Source of the DNA: Perna viridis
Lineage: Eukaryota
Direction of reading: 5' to 3'
Assembly (NCBI GenBank): GCA_037379345.1
Contig: CM074511.1
Span: 12,834,001 to 12,898,000, forward strand
DNA: 64,000 nucleotides
Part shown: positions 24,803-36,917 of the stretch, piece by piece
How the letters are laid out: each line of letters opens with the position of its first letter
Position numbering within the stretch: position 1 is the stretch's first letter
Notes under the pieces: model-generated
Told to the model about the DNA's origin: nothing
Database searches by the model: none
Seen by the model: the letters and a program-made list of their open reading frames with translations, nothing else
Translations under genes and position numbers: made by a program

Positions 24803-25024
24803 AGAACTTGACAGCCACAGTCATGCTGCATAAAACATAGCATACCCAAAACTTGACAACCTGTCATACTGCATAAAACTTAGCATTCTCAAAACTTGAC
24901 AACCACAGTCATACTGCATATAAATTAGCATTCTCAAAACTTGACAAGCAGTCATACTGCATAAAACTTAGCATACTCAAAACTTGACAAGCATAGCCAA
25001 AGTGCATAAAACTTAGCATACTCA
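24803..25024. repeat. Tandem repeat, ~43 bp x 5
   Basis: aaaacttgacaa..gtcatactgcataaaacttagcat.ctc units. Confidence 0.88.
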
Positions 25025-25259
25025 ATATATATTAATTTACTAGTTACTAGATTACTTGTGCCTTCTTCACAAGTGTAGTGCATTTGATTTGCATTGAATA
25101 AATTATACTTTAGTTCAGTTGCTGGCTTTCACACTATGCTCAGTGCTCATGTGAGCATTCATAGGTAAATAAGAACTCATTACCTTTAAAAGATGAATGT
25201 CATCCAACTCACTTTCAGTTGAAAGTATACAATGAATACCTTAATATAGTGTTATCACT

Positions 25260-25690
25260 CCTGAACTGGTTCCATCATCAGGGGATCCCCTTTTTCCTCA
25301 ACTGTTCTGCGCTGTCCACTACAATCATCAAGTATTGCACTGACTGAGTTGATCAGGCTCAGCCAAGAGCCAGCTAGTTCTTCCATTGCTCCTCTCTCTT
25401 CCTCCTTTTCAATCAAGACATTCCATTACGTTCCTTTCTGCTCTTCAAACTAAACTTCTACTTATTGGCCCAGTTAGTCAAGGGACCCCATCACTCTCCA
25501 TATAAGTTTGTAAAACCAAACCTCTACATCCCACCTCTACTGGGAAATACCATGTTTTCCAATTCTTATCGTGATTCTTGTTAACAAAATCCTGGTACTT
25601 GGTAACCTTTCTCTCATGGGCTTCTTCTGGTCTTGATTCTCATGGAACTGTCAGCTCTACAAGAATAATCTGCCCCCTGGTTCTAGACCA
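25260..25690 (-). mobile_element. 3' relic of an RLE-encoding non-LTR retrotransposon (HERO/NeSL-like)
   Basis: WSRTRGQIILVELTVP*ESRPEEAHERKVTKYQD..WKTWYFPVEVGCRG, matching the restriction-like endonuclease signature ELTVPWE..EA.ERK..KY..PVEVGCRG. Confidence 0.8.
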
Positions 25691-26959
25691 CTTGAATCAA
25701 AACATGTATTTCAATTCAGACTTTGCTCTGTCCACTTGGCTGTAGAATGTGCTTTCACATGGGAATATAAATACCCAAATACATTCATATATATCTGTTT
25801 GTTGTTTTATTGACAATCACTTTATAAATTGCCTTCTGGTCTAATCACATCAAGACACCTATCATTCAAAAATGCAATGAATTTTTATGAATTTTGTTAT
25901 GAATGTTGTGCAGGTAAAATATTTTGACATTAGTAGTTATCCCAATATATATTTCAGTGCATTTGTGAGTTCCTGTGATTTCCAATATTTTTTTCCGCTC
26001 CTTTCTCAGCCTACCTGTGTATGTTTTATCAATGTGTTCAAAGAGAGTCTAGATGACATAAAACAGGAACTTTACTACTATTTACTCTACCCAGATAATC
26101 ATCCTATAATAAAAATAGATTGAAATTGAATAAATTGACTTCTAATGCAATTTGGGTAAGTTAATGTGATTATTGAAGTCTTGTGAAATGTCTGGAATTT
26201 TTTATATTAGTAGTAGGTATAATAATCCTCATATCAGGCCCTGTTTTGAAATAGTTGCATTCATACCAGTATTTGTTTTAGTAATTTTTAGAACTGATTT
26301 ATAAGTATATGAACTATGCCCACTTTCTGTGAAGTATTCATTAGATAAGTATGAAGTTGTTTTTTAATTGAAAAATTTCCTTATTAATTTGTTGCAGTTA
26401 AGTCATTTTTTGTCTCACCTTAATGATATGCTTGAAAAAATATTTTGGAAGATGATAACTAAAATTTGACAAAAAAGATGGTCAGTCAATGCAGAGATTA
26501 CTCTTTCAGGAGTTTGATTGTGGAAAAGAAGCCCAAGCTATGACTAACTCAGTTTCCTTAGAAAGAGGAATAATCAAGATCTTTGAATTGGTCATGACTA
26601 TTCCATTTGTTACATTGATTGAAGGAAATGATTATTTTTTCCAGAATGTTTTAGGTAATTCCCTAATATGCTGCTTCCAATCATGAATTATTGTTTTCTT
26701 CCATCCCTAATATAACATCTTTTCCAATTAGACAACTCTGAGATTTGCAATAATACAAATTCTTGTTCCTGAAATCCTAAGGCCATTTAATTAAATCTGA
26801 GACTATGAACTCTATTTGACCCTAAAGAGAAGTACTACTAATGTAATTTCTTTAAAGTTGGTTTAGTTACTACCAGTATCCATTCTTCATTTCTTTTTCT
26901 TTATTATTAGTTTATTAAAATAAATCACAGACTCGTTATAATACAGAATTGGCTAGACC

Positions 26960-28590
26960 AGTGAAGATGCAATTATAGTTGTCAGTGTAATTGGTGTTGT
27001 CAGTGTTGTCAGTGTTGTTGATGATGTCTGTTTTTTCAGTGTTGCAGATGTCCATAATGTTTGTGTTGTTGGTGATGTCTGTATTCTCAGTGTTGCAGGT
27101 GTCCATAATGTTTGTGTTGGTGATGTCTGTATTCTCAGTGTTTCCAGTGTGGTTAGTGTAGTTGGTGATGTTTGTGTTGATAGTGTTGTTGTCAGTGATG
27201 TTGGTGATGTCAGTATTCTCAATGTTGCAGGTGAGGTTAGTGCTGTTGTTCTTGTTGTAACTGTTGTCAGTGTGGATGGTGAGATTAGTGGTGTTGTGCT
27301 CATTGTCAGTGTGGATGGTGAGGTTAGTGGTGTTGTGCTCGTTGTCAGTGTGGATGGTGAGGTTAGTGGTGTTGTACTTATTGTCAGGGTGGAATGTGAA
27401 GTTAGTGGTGTTGTACTTGTTGTCATTGTGAATGGTAAGGTTAGTGGTGTTGTGCTTGTTGTCAGTGTGGATGGTGAGGTTAGTGGTGTTGTACTTATTG
27501 TCAGGGTGGAATGTGAGGTTAGTGGTGTTGTACTTGTTGTCATTGTGAATGGTAAGGTTAGTGGTGTTGTGCTTGTTGTCAGGATGGAATGTGAGGTTAG
27601 TGGTGTTGTACTTATTGTCAGTGTGGATGGTTAGGTTAGTGCTGTTGTGCTTGTTGTAACTGTTGTCAGTGTAGATGGTGAGATTAGTGGTGTTGTGCTC
27701 GTTGTCAGTGTGGATGGTGAGGTTAGTGGTGTTGTACTTGTTGTCATTGTGAATGGTAAGGTTAGTGGTGTTGCGCTTGTTGTCAGGGTGGAATGTGAAG
27801 TTAGTGGTGTTGTACTTATTGTCAGTGTGGATGGTTAGGTTAGTGGTGTTGTGCTTGTTGTCAGTGTGGATGATGAGATTAGTGGTGTTGTGCTTGTCAT
27901 CAGTATTGTCAGTGTGGATGGTTAGGTTAGTGGTGTTGTGCTTGTTGTCAGTGTGGATGATGAGATTAGTGGTGTTGTGCTTGTCATCAGTATTGTCAGT
28001 GTGGATGGTTAGGTTAGTGGTGTTGTGCTCATTGTCAGTGTGGAATGTGAGGTTAGTGGTGTTGTGCTTATTGTCTGTGTTGTTGAGGAGGTTAGTGGTG
28101 TTGTGCTTATTGTCTGTGTTGTTGAGGAGGCTAGTGGTGTTGTGCTTATTGTCTGTGTTGTTGAGGAGGCTAGTGGTGTTGTGCTTGTTGTCAGTGTGGA
28201 TGATGAGATTAGTGGTGTTGTGCTTGTCATCAGTATTGTCAGTGTGGATGGTGAGGTTAGTGGTGTTGTGCTTATTGTCTGTGTTGTTGAGGAGGCTAGT
28301 GGTGTTGTGCTTATTGTCTGTGTTGTTGAGGAGGCTAGTGGTGTTGTGCTTATTGTCTGTGTTGTTGAGGAGGTTAGTGGTGTTGTGCTTATTGTCTGTG
28401 TTGTTGAGGAGGCTAGTGGTGTTGTGCTTATTGTCTGTGTTGTTGAGGAGGCTAGTGGTGTTGTGCTTATTGTCTGTGTTGTTGAGGAGGCTAGTGTTGT
28501 AGGTTATGCGTGCTGTCAAAGATGTTTTTACTGTTAGTGTTATTGGGGTTGCTGTTATTGGTGTTGTGCTTGTTGCTAGTGTTGTTTTTG
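26960..28590. repeat. 1.6-kb GT-rich minisatellite with 33/42-bp units in the main body; one minus frame stays open for 555 aa
   Basis: Units such as gttagtggtgttgtgcttgttgtcagtgtggatggtgag; see finding on coding potential. Confidence 0.95.
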
Positions 28591-29169
28591 TTTGTGATTT
28601 CATGTTATTTATTTTGTTGTTTTTCTTAAAATTGAAAAAAGATATTGGCCATAGAAGATTATAAAAGTTTCATCTTATTTCTACTTTATTACAATGGATA
28701 ACAATGAATGAATTATAAAGATGTGTTCTCTTTCTTTTTTCCAAATTATCAGGAATATTAAGGAGTTGTTGTTTTTTTATAGTGCAATTGCTATTTTTCT
28801 TCCTTTCTTTCTTTTATTTTTTTCAGTTATTGACATACCTCATGAGCAATTAAAGACAGCTATTTACATAAGAGTAACGAAATTACTGTAAACATAAAAT
28901 AAATTTTCATTAAGTGATTTTAAACCCTTTTTTTTATGGATTTATATTACTGCTATTTGTGCATCTACCCACATATCATATTTGATGGATTTTAATAATT
29001 ACTTGTTACAATTGTTGTCTGTATAGAAAAAAAAGCTTCATTTGTTTTCCTTTGTTCTAAAAGTTTTCATTCCAGTGTTATGGAATGTTTGTAAAAAAGG
29101 GGGAATGGTGGGTGCATTATGTGCATTAGTGTTTTTTTACCCCTGCTTTTAAAGTGGTAGTATGTAATG

Positions 29170-29576
29170 ATCATGGTGAACGTCCATTTTTTTTGTTGTC
29201 CATTTGTCTGTTTGCCAGTCCCCAGTTCCAATCTGCTACTACATGTACTATGAAACCACTGAATGGAATTTGATAAATCTTTGACAGATTCTTTACATGA
29301 TGCCATTGTGCACCTGCTATTTTCTTTTCTTTTGAAACCTTTTCGGGTTTCCTAATGCAGAACATGGACTTTGTCATTGGTCAACCAAGAGGGGATCATC
29401 TTCTAATTTGCAACTCCTCTGAAACCACAGAATGGAATGTTGAATCTTTCTTTCACATGATGCCTATTTTTTTTTCACATCTCATTGCCTTAAATCACTT
29501 ATAGCATTTCCTATATGTTTTCTGGGTAGGGGAGCGGGGGTATCACCAAGTGAGCTTTGCTCACAGTTTTTCTGGT
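29170..29576 (+). mobile_element. Old Helentron/HINE-like relic
   Basis: Internal aactcctctgaaacca..atggaat motif and a 3' hairpin GTGAGC-ttt-GCTCAC before a T-run; similar relics near 20070-20340, 38270-38650 and 55170-55330. Confidence 0.45.
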
Positions 29577-30722
29577 TTTCTTTAGTCTCCAGCAGAAATT
29601 CTTTATGCCTGTGGATAATTTTTGTGATCTGTTATTTATGTTCTGTAAGTGGTATCAACACTTACTGCGTATTAATGGTCTCCGCTCAATTAATGATTTA
29701 GATACTTTTTTTAAAGTAAGCTGAGCCAAATTAACACTTGACACCATGGATGTTTAATTTAAGAAAACAGTACATCAACTTTGATTGACATAATTTAAGA
29801 TTTGCATTAAGTTAATGTCATTTGATGGAAATTATGTATGGCAAATCATGCTCTGTAGTTCAATCCAAAACAAATTTCCAATATTCATGTAGATTGTGAG
29901 TTTGGAAGCACGTAATTTTGTATTTAAAACCTTGTATAATTTTTAAGACAATATCAATGGATTTTTATCAGATATTTTTCGTCTGTGTTCAAAAAAGAAT
30001 TATGATTCTTACATTGGCATGAAATTACAAAACTTGTGATTTTGGCTTAATTATAGGAATTACTGACTGTTTCCTGTTAAATAACAGTCTGTGGCAAAAA
30101 ACGGGTGAAATCTGGAAATTCCGCATTCAGTTTTTGTTCACATGATATCAATTTCTGATAGATATAAAACCCTGAGTGTTTGTCATTAACATAATTCAAG
30201 GGCTAAGCAGCTAACAGAGACAAGATAACAAGAACTCATTTCAGTAAAGTGGAAACAAGAGGTATATTTTTGTCTGGCTTTTGGAGTCAACCTACCAGTA
30301 TATACTTAATCTGACAAGTTAATTAGGACCTAGCATCATCAAATTTATGGGCTCTATATGGTTTTCTCTTTGTCTAACTGTCTGTCTGTCAGACTGAACT
30401 AGTGTACATAGCACTACTGTATGAAGATGACCTTATAAAGTTTTTGATACTTGTTAAATGATTATTTTTACAAACTTCATTTTTTGGGCCCTGCATCAGC
30501 AAAGTAGGTATACATAATAGATTTCTTTTTATCCATCTGCCTTTCTGATTTTGTGTTCTTCAACAAATTTGTAAGTAACAGTCCCAAATGATACAAAACT
30601 ATACATAGTGCTGTCTCCATTGTTTTAAAGTTTTACTTGAACTCCTTTAAAGCCTAAGATGATGCTTTTTAGCATTATGTATCGTAGATTTTGAAAATAT
30701 AAAAGATAGAAATAAACATTGA

Positions 30723-31125
30723 AATGATAGAACCTTGTGACAAGGCCATCAAAAGTCTCAATTGTATTGATGGTGTATTTAATGATAGAACCTTGTGGCA
30801 AGACCACCAAAAGTCTCCATTGTATTGATGGTGTATTTAATGATAGAACCTTGTGACAAGACCACCAAAAGTCTCCATTGTATTGATGGTGTATTTAATG
30901 ATAGAACCTTGTGACAAGACCACCAAAAGTCTCCATTGTATTGATGGTGTATTTAATGATAGAACCTTGTGACAAGACCACCAAAAGTCTCCATTGTATT
31001 GATGGTGTATTTAATGATAGAACCTTGTGACAAGACCACCAAAAGTCTCCATTGTATTGATGGTGTATTTAATGATAGAACCTTGTGACAAGACCACCAA
31101 AAGTCTCCATTGTATTGATGTTGTA
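30723..31125. repeat. Near-perfect tandem repeat, 58 bp x 7
   Basis: Units start at 30723, 30781, 30839, 30897, 30955, 31013 and 31071. Confidence 0.97.
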
Positions 31126-32154
31126 TCTTAATTTAAACCTTTAAAAGTTTGCAGGTTTAACTGAGATTGTGATAACCACAACAGACAAAGGAAGAGCTTG
31201 GCAAGGTTGATGTTTAGAAGGGACTCTATAAAATATTTAATTTTTGCTCTGCTTGATCACATGATTTTGTCCCCAGGTATATAATTTATCCAAGTGAGTG
31301 ATTCAGGTTCTTTTTAATATGTACTTGTACTTAGTTTGAGGTGCTTCATATTGCCTCAAATCCAATCACTTCTTTTTATCTGTGAATTATTCAGCACACT
31401 GGGAATTTCCATAGAAATAAAGTCTATTACAACAATCTTGATATTCTGACTTCCTATTAGAATTTTACCCTGATTTATGCAATAGCTGTGTGAAAACAGC
31501 TTGCAAACGAAAAAATCTATAAATCTTATTAGTTAAGTCTGTTGATTTGAATTTAAATTACAAATGTACATTATCTTACCCAAAGGGCTATTTGCAACAT
31601 GGAAATTTAATTAATATAGATGAAATTTTTAGTTTTGGCATCTTCAACACTGAAGCCTTCTCATTCCTGTACACACAGATGCAGTGAAAAATCAATTGTC
31701 AGATATTAAAGTGCAGTATATGTTGGATATTGAATTACAAAAGGTTAAATACAGAATCACAATGAAACAAAATTGATGTAAAATATCAAGTCCAATTTTA
31801 TCTTGGCGCTAGTTCAATTGATCTCTGACGTAAAAATTACATGTATCAGGTTTTAACTTGATATTTCAACTTGCCTCAATGTAATTATTTGCTGCATTTG
31901 AGAAGGAAATGCTTCCATTTAAGTCTGCTTTAAATTATATTAAGTGTAAATTGTAACATAAGGTAATAGTAGATAAGTTAATGACCATGTTGGTTCCGTG
32001 AGGCTTGTGGGGCCCTTGTAGAGTTGTAGAATTGACCTTTAAATTTACATTTTTATAATTTCAATAATTATATTCCTCTCATAGTCCTGCAATACCTCTT
32101 TTGTAATTATTAATCTGTCTTTTGTATTAAAACTGTTTTTTTTTAATTTGAAAG

Positions 32155-32995
32155 ACACCAGATGGACTTCTTTCCAGTACATTTACACAATGTGAGGAAA
32201 GCTCAGATTGCTCCAATGGTCTTTTATAGAATAAATACACACTGTGAGGAAAGTTCAGAAGGCTCTAGATGGACATCTATAGAGAATATCTGCACTATAA
32301 AGAATGTTCAGAAGGCCCCAGATGGACTTCTAAAAAGGATATCTACACTGGAGGAAAACTCAGAAGTCCCAGGTGGACATCTATAGGTGACTTCTACACT
32401 GTGAGGAAATCTCAGAATGCTCAAGATGGACTTCTATGGAGGACATATATTCCATGAGGAAGGCTAAAAGGCTCCAGATTGACATCAAGTGATGACACCA
32501 CACTGTGAGAAAAGCTCAGAAGGCTGCAGAGGGACATCAATAGATGGCACCCCACTGTGAGGAAAGTACTGAAAGCTTCATATGAATATCTATTGAAGAG
32601 ATCTTCACTGAGAGAAAAGTTCAGAAGGATCGAAATGGACATCAACGGAGGACACCACACTGTGAGAAAAGCTCAGAAGGCTCCAGATGGAGATCAATAG
32701 ATGACACCACACTTTGAGAAAAGTTATGAAGGCTTCAGATGGACATCCATAGAGAAAACTTTGAGGAATACTCAAAAGACTCCAAATGGTCCTTTATAGA
32801 GGATATTAAGCCCAGGCAATCACAAAAGACTCCAGATGGTCTTCTACAGAGGATATGAAGCCCAGATAATCACAAAAGACTCCAGATGGTCTTCTATAAA
32901 GAGTATTAAGCCCAGGTAATCACAAAAGACTCCAGATGGTCCTTTATAGAGGATAATAAGCCCAGGTAATCTCAGAAAACTCCAGAAGGCTTTGT
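32155..32995. repeat. Degenerate ~44-bp tandem array grading into a ~49-bp array
   Basis: Shared core (gaagg/aaaga)ctccagatgg..tatagagga. Confidence 0.85.
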
Positions 32996-33970
32996 GGAAC
33001 TCGGTACCTTTTGACTGAATTTGAAAGGTGAAGTATTCCAAATGTTAGATACTACATAATGTAGTTAATAAAGATCATTAATGCTTTCCCATAATACATC
33101 GATAAGAAGACATTAGAACACTTAAATACAAAAGTTGATTTTATAGGACAGTTAATCTGCCTATCAACCCAATGATATCATTTCTTTAGTGTATTTTGAA
33201 TTCTTTGGTACTTGATCTAATCTTTTTCTCCTGATGTTCTTGTGGTTGTTCTATTGTATTGACACACTATTATGTGAAAGAAATGAGGTAAAAAATTACT
33301 GGGAAACAAATTAAGCCATTTCTATGGATGGACCTTAATTTATTTATCCTTACCGTTTCAGTGATAGATGACTTAATTGTCCCTGATCTTATTATTCTAC
33401 AAGTGGTAGAGACTGAAGCGGAAAACTTTTTCAGACAAATTGTTTGATAAAGTGGCATAAATTGATTTCCCTAAGCTCCTGATTCAATTAGGAGAAGGAC
33501 CAGTCTTGACAGAAAACCTTTTAATATGTCGATTTCATTCTTGCAGTATATGTGTTTTCTCAAGTGAAGCAAAGACTTGTATAAGTGTTTTGGAGGACAG
33601 TAATGTACTGGCACATAGAAAAATAACCATGCTTTAATTTCATGGGGTTGAATGTTGAAACAAAACTACAGTGAAACCTGTCTTAACTAAACTTATTTCA
33701 AACTGGAGGTTTTTGTTTTGTTTAGGCAAATCTTTATACATTTTGAAAGTCACTGGGGCTGATTTGAAAGAACTTCAAAAGAAATCAGTACTCTTAGAAG
33801 GTACCAATCATTTTTATGTGCAAAATTTTAATTTTTATTTCATCAGCAGCCAAAATTAATAACTTTGTTTGAGAATCTGCCTTGTTAATTTAGTAGTAGG
33901 AAAATATGGAATCATTATTTTTATTTTTTTTTCAATGAATGATTAAACTATTTTCCCCCAAAAAAATTAG

Positions 33971-35147
33971 AGGCTAGAAACCACTAATTCCACTTCCTAT
34001 AAAATGTACAGAAATGTTTTTCCTTTCAGAAACTGTTTAATTTTTTTAAATAAGATGAGAACTTTTTTCACAGCACTATGAGGAACAGGGGTAATTTCTG
34101 CATAGGACTATTTTTGCATACGTTCCAAATGCTCATTGGTTGAAATTTATTTCTGACATGCCTCCCCCTTTTTCTTGATCACATGTCAAAAACCCTAAAT
34201 CTTTAAATTTTCACAAAAGGTGATATCTTTGGCTTTAAATTTGTAAATACAGTGTTTTCACATTAAAACATGACCAGTAAAGGGCACCTAAAGCATAAAA
34301 GTACTCAATAATGGATTTTCCATGTTGCCATAGTGGAATGATTATATGGCCTTAAACACAGTAATGAAAGTGAGTTTTTCCTCATTTCTAACCAAATTTT
34401 TGCTCAAATCTACACAAAACTTGATTTCAAGTGCTGATTACCACCATATTTCGGTAAATATAGCCCTCAAAGTTTAATATTTGATATTTTTACAAAATTT
34501 TCTACACTTTTTACTAGATAGGACATAAAAATCAGCCTAAAAGACCAATTTTCCATAATTTGGACCTATAACTTAAAAAAATGCATATTTTGAAGGATTT
34601 TTGTAGTGTATTCCTCTCATGGCAAAGTTTACAAGATTTTCAAGTAGTTTAAAGCTATTTCAAGAAACTTTTCATTTTGCCATGGGTTCAGCTTAAGGCT
34701 AGAAACCACTAATTCCACTTCCCATAGGCTTCTATGCTAATTTCACAATATTCAATGGCTTCTCTGGACTTTACCTTAACTTTAACCTACAGAGGACTAT
34801 ATATCAGCATGATTCTACATATGTCAGCTCACAATCCTTAGAATGGCATGTGGGGTTAGCAGACTTGCAGTGCAGTACTGGTCACCGGAAGTGAAGGGTC
34901 TATAAATAGCATAGGAAATCTCAGTGTTTCCACAAGATAGGGGTATATTTAGAAATCATTATGGAGATTAGGCTTCACATCACAAGAAGCAAAATGCACG
35001 TATAAAATGTACAGAAATGTTTTTCCTTTCAGAAACTGTTTAATTTTTTTAAATAAGATGAGAACTTTTCTCACAGCACTATGAGGAACAGGGGTAATTT
35101 CTGCGTAGGACTATTTTTGCGTACGTTCCAAATGCTCATTGGTTGAA
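33971..35147. mobile_element. Head-to-tail pair of a non-autonomous DNA element (Kolobok-like, TTAA at the junction)
   Basis: ggctagaaaccactaattccacttcc at 33972 and 34697; 33998-34144 is repeated at 35001-35147; junction gggttcagc-ttaa-ggctagaaacc. Confidence 0.65.
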
Positions 35148-35174
35148 TTGATGGTCTGTAACCTAGAACACTTG

Positions 35175-36161
35175 TTTAGCTCACCTGGCCAGGGCCATGT
35201 GAGCTATTGCCATCACTTTGCGTCCGTCGTCATCGTCGTTGTCACCGTCGTCTGTTGTTAACAATTATACAAAACTCTTCTCCTCTGAAACTACTTGACT
35301 AATTAGAACCAAACTTGGTATGAATGTTTCTTGGGGTATCCTGCATAGAACTGGGGTGGGGATTTTTGATTCGTCAAAAAACATGGCTGCCGTTACTAAA
35401 AATAGAACATAGGGGTCAGACAGTAGTTTTTCACATATATCTCCTAAACCGTTAGGTTTAGCTGAATTCTGATCAGGTAAAAGTGTTCAGCATGATGAAA
35501 TCTACCTCTGGTCAAATTTTGGTTTTAATCCATTAAGCCTTGTTGGAGTTATTGCCCTTTTTCAACGATTTTTGCTATTTTTAATGTTATTTATTTCAAA
35601 AGTCTTCTCCTCTGACTTGGCGTCCGTCGTCATCGTCGTTGTCGCCGTCGTCTGTTGTTAACAATTATACAAAACTCTTCTCCTCTGTAACTACTTGACC
35701 AATTGAAACCAAACTTGGTATGAATGTTCCTTGGGGTATCCTGCATAGAACTGATGTGGGGGTTTTTGATAAGTTGAAAAAAACATGGCTGCCGTTACTA
35801 AAAATAGAACATAGGGGTCAGACATTAGTTTTTCACAGATATCTCCAAAACCGTTAGGTTTATCCAAATTCTTTCAATAGCTGAAATGATCCATATTATT
35901 AGGACTACAAAAGTCTTCAGACTCCTTGTAAGAGTTATTGCCCTTGAAAGGGGAAAAATATTTGTTTTTAATAGTTTTCAGTCAATATCTTGAAAACTAT
36001 GATAGATTAAAAGAAACTTTCAATTGTTGAAAAGATCTTGTGATAGTCCTACCAAAGACTTCTTGAGTCAAAATTGTTGGACAACTTCTTGTTTAATTTA
36101 TTGCCTTTGAAAGGCAAAATTCAACAAGGTGAGCGATTTAGGCTCCTGGGAGCCTCTTGTT
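35175..36161 (+). mobile_element. Helentron-associated non-autonomous element (HINE/DINE-1-like) with internal repeats
   Basis: 5' TTAGCTCACCTG, a (CGT)-rich microsatellite, a duplicated internal block, 3' subTIR AGGTGAGC plus hairpin AGGCTCC-tg-GGAGCCT, ending in a T-run. Confidence 0.85.
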
Positions 36162-36295
36162 TTAAGAAATATCTCAGGCCACACTCTCTAATATAAAAAT
36201 AGTCGGTGGGTAAGTTTGCATGGATTTTGTTTTTTTCTATATTCTGTTAATTGTTGTTTCTAGTTGATCTGATTACATACTGAATATTACGTGAC

Positions 36296-36406
36296 AAAAT
36301 CTGTATCACAAAAGGTATCAACCCGAGACATCTATACCACCCTAAGGGCCACTGGCCCACAGGGTGATATAGGTTGAGTGTTGATACCACATGTGGTACA
36401 GATTTT
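36296..36406. mobile_element. ~110-bp imperfect palindrome centred on GGGCC-act-GGCCC (Crypton-like non-autonomous element)
   Basis: aaaatctgtatcaca..ggtatcaac..accct..gggcc / ggccc..agggt..gttgatacc..tgtggtacagatttt. Confidence 0.55.
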
Positions 36407-36464
36407 GGCATGTCATGTTTGTTCATAAATTTTAACTTTACTTCAAGTATGGTCCATGAAGCGG

Positions 36465-36917
36465 TGCAATATAGGTCTAGGGATGTGATATAGGGTATGC
36501 GACATAGGTCTAGGGGTGTGATGTAGGGTTTGCAATATAGATCTAGGGGTGTGATGTAGGATATGCAGTATAGGTCTAGGGGCGTGATAGGGTATGCGAT
36601 ATAGGTCTAGGGGTGTGATATAGGTCTAGAGGTGTGATATAGGGTATGCAATATAGGTCTAGGGGTGTAATATAGAGTATGCGACATAGGTCTAGAGGTG
36701 TAATGTAGGGTATGCAATATAGGTCTAGGGGTGTGATATAGGGTATGCGACATAGGTCTAGGGGTGTGATATAGGGTATGCGATGTAGGTCTAAGGGTGT
36801 GATACAGGTCTAGGGGTGTGATATAGGGTATGCAGTATAGGTCTAGGGGTGTGATATAGGGTATGCAATATAGGTCTAGGGGTGTGATGTAAGTCTAGAG
36901 GTGTGATATAGGGTATG
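36465..36917. repeat. Minisatellite of 19+14-bp subunits (ataggtctaggggtgtgat / atagggtatgcaat)
   Basis: Visible periodicity. Confidence 0.92.

Noticed and set aside
27149-28537. Val/Leu-rich plus-strand ORFs
   Set aside because: By-products of the GT-rich minisatellite; no unique sequence or convincing start context
30723-31125. CRISPR-like regular array
   Set aside because: Units are contiguous and identical with no unique spacers; the context is eukaryotic
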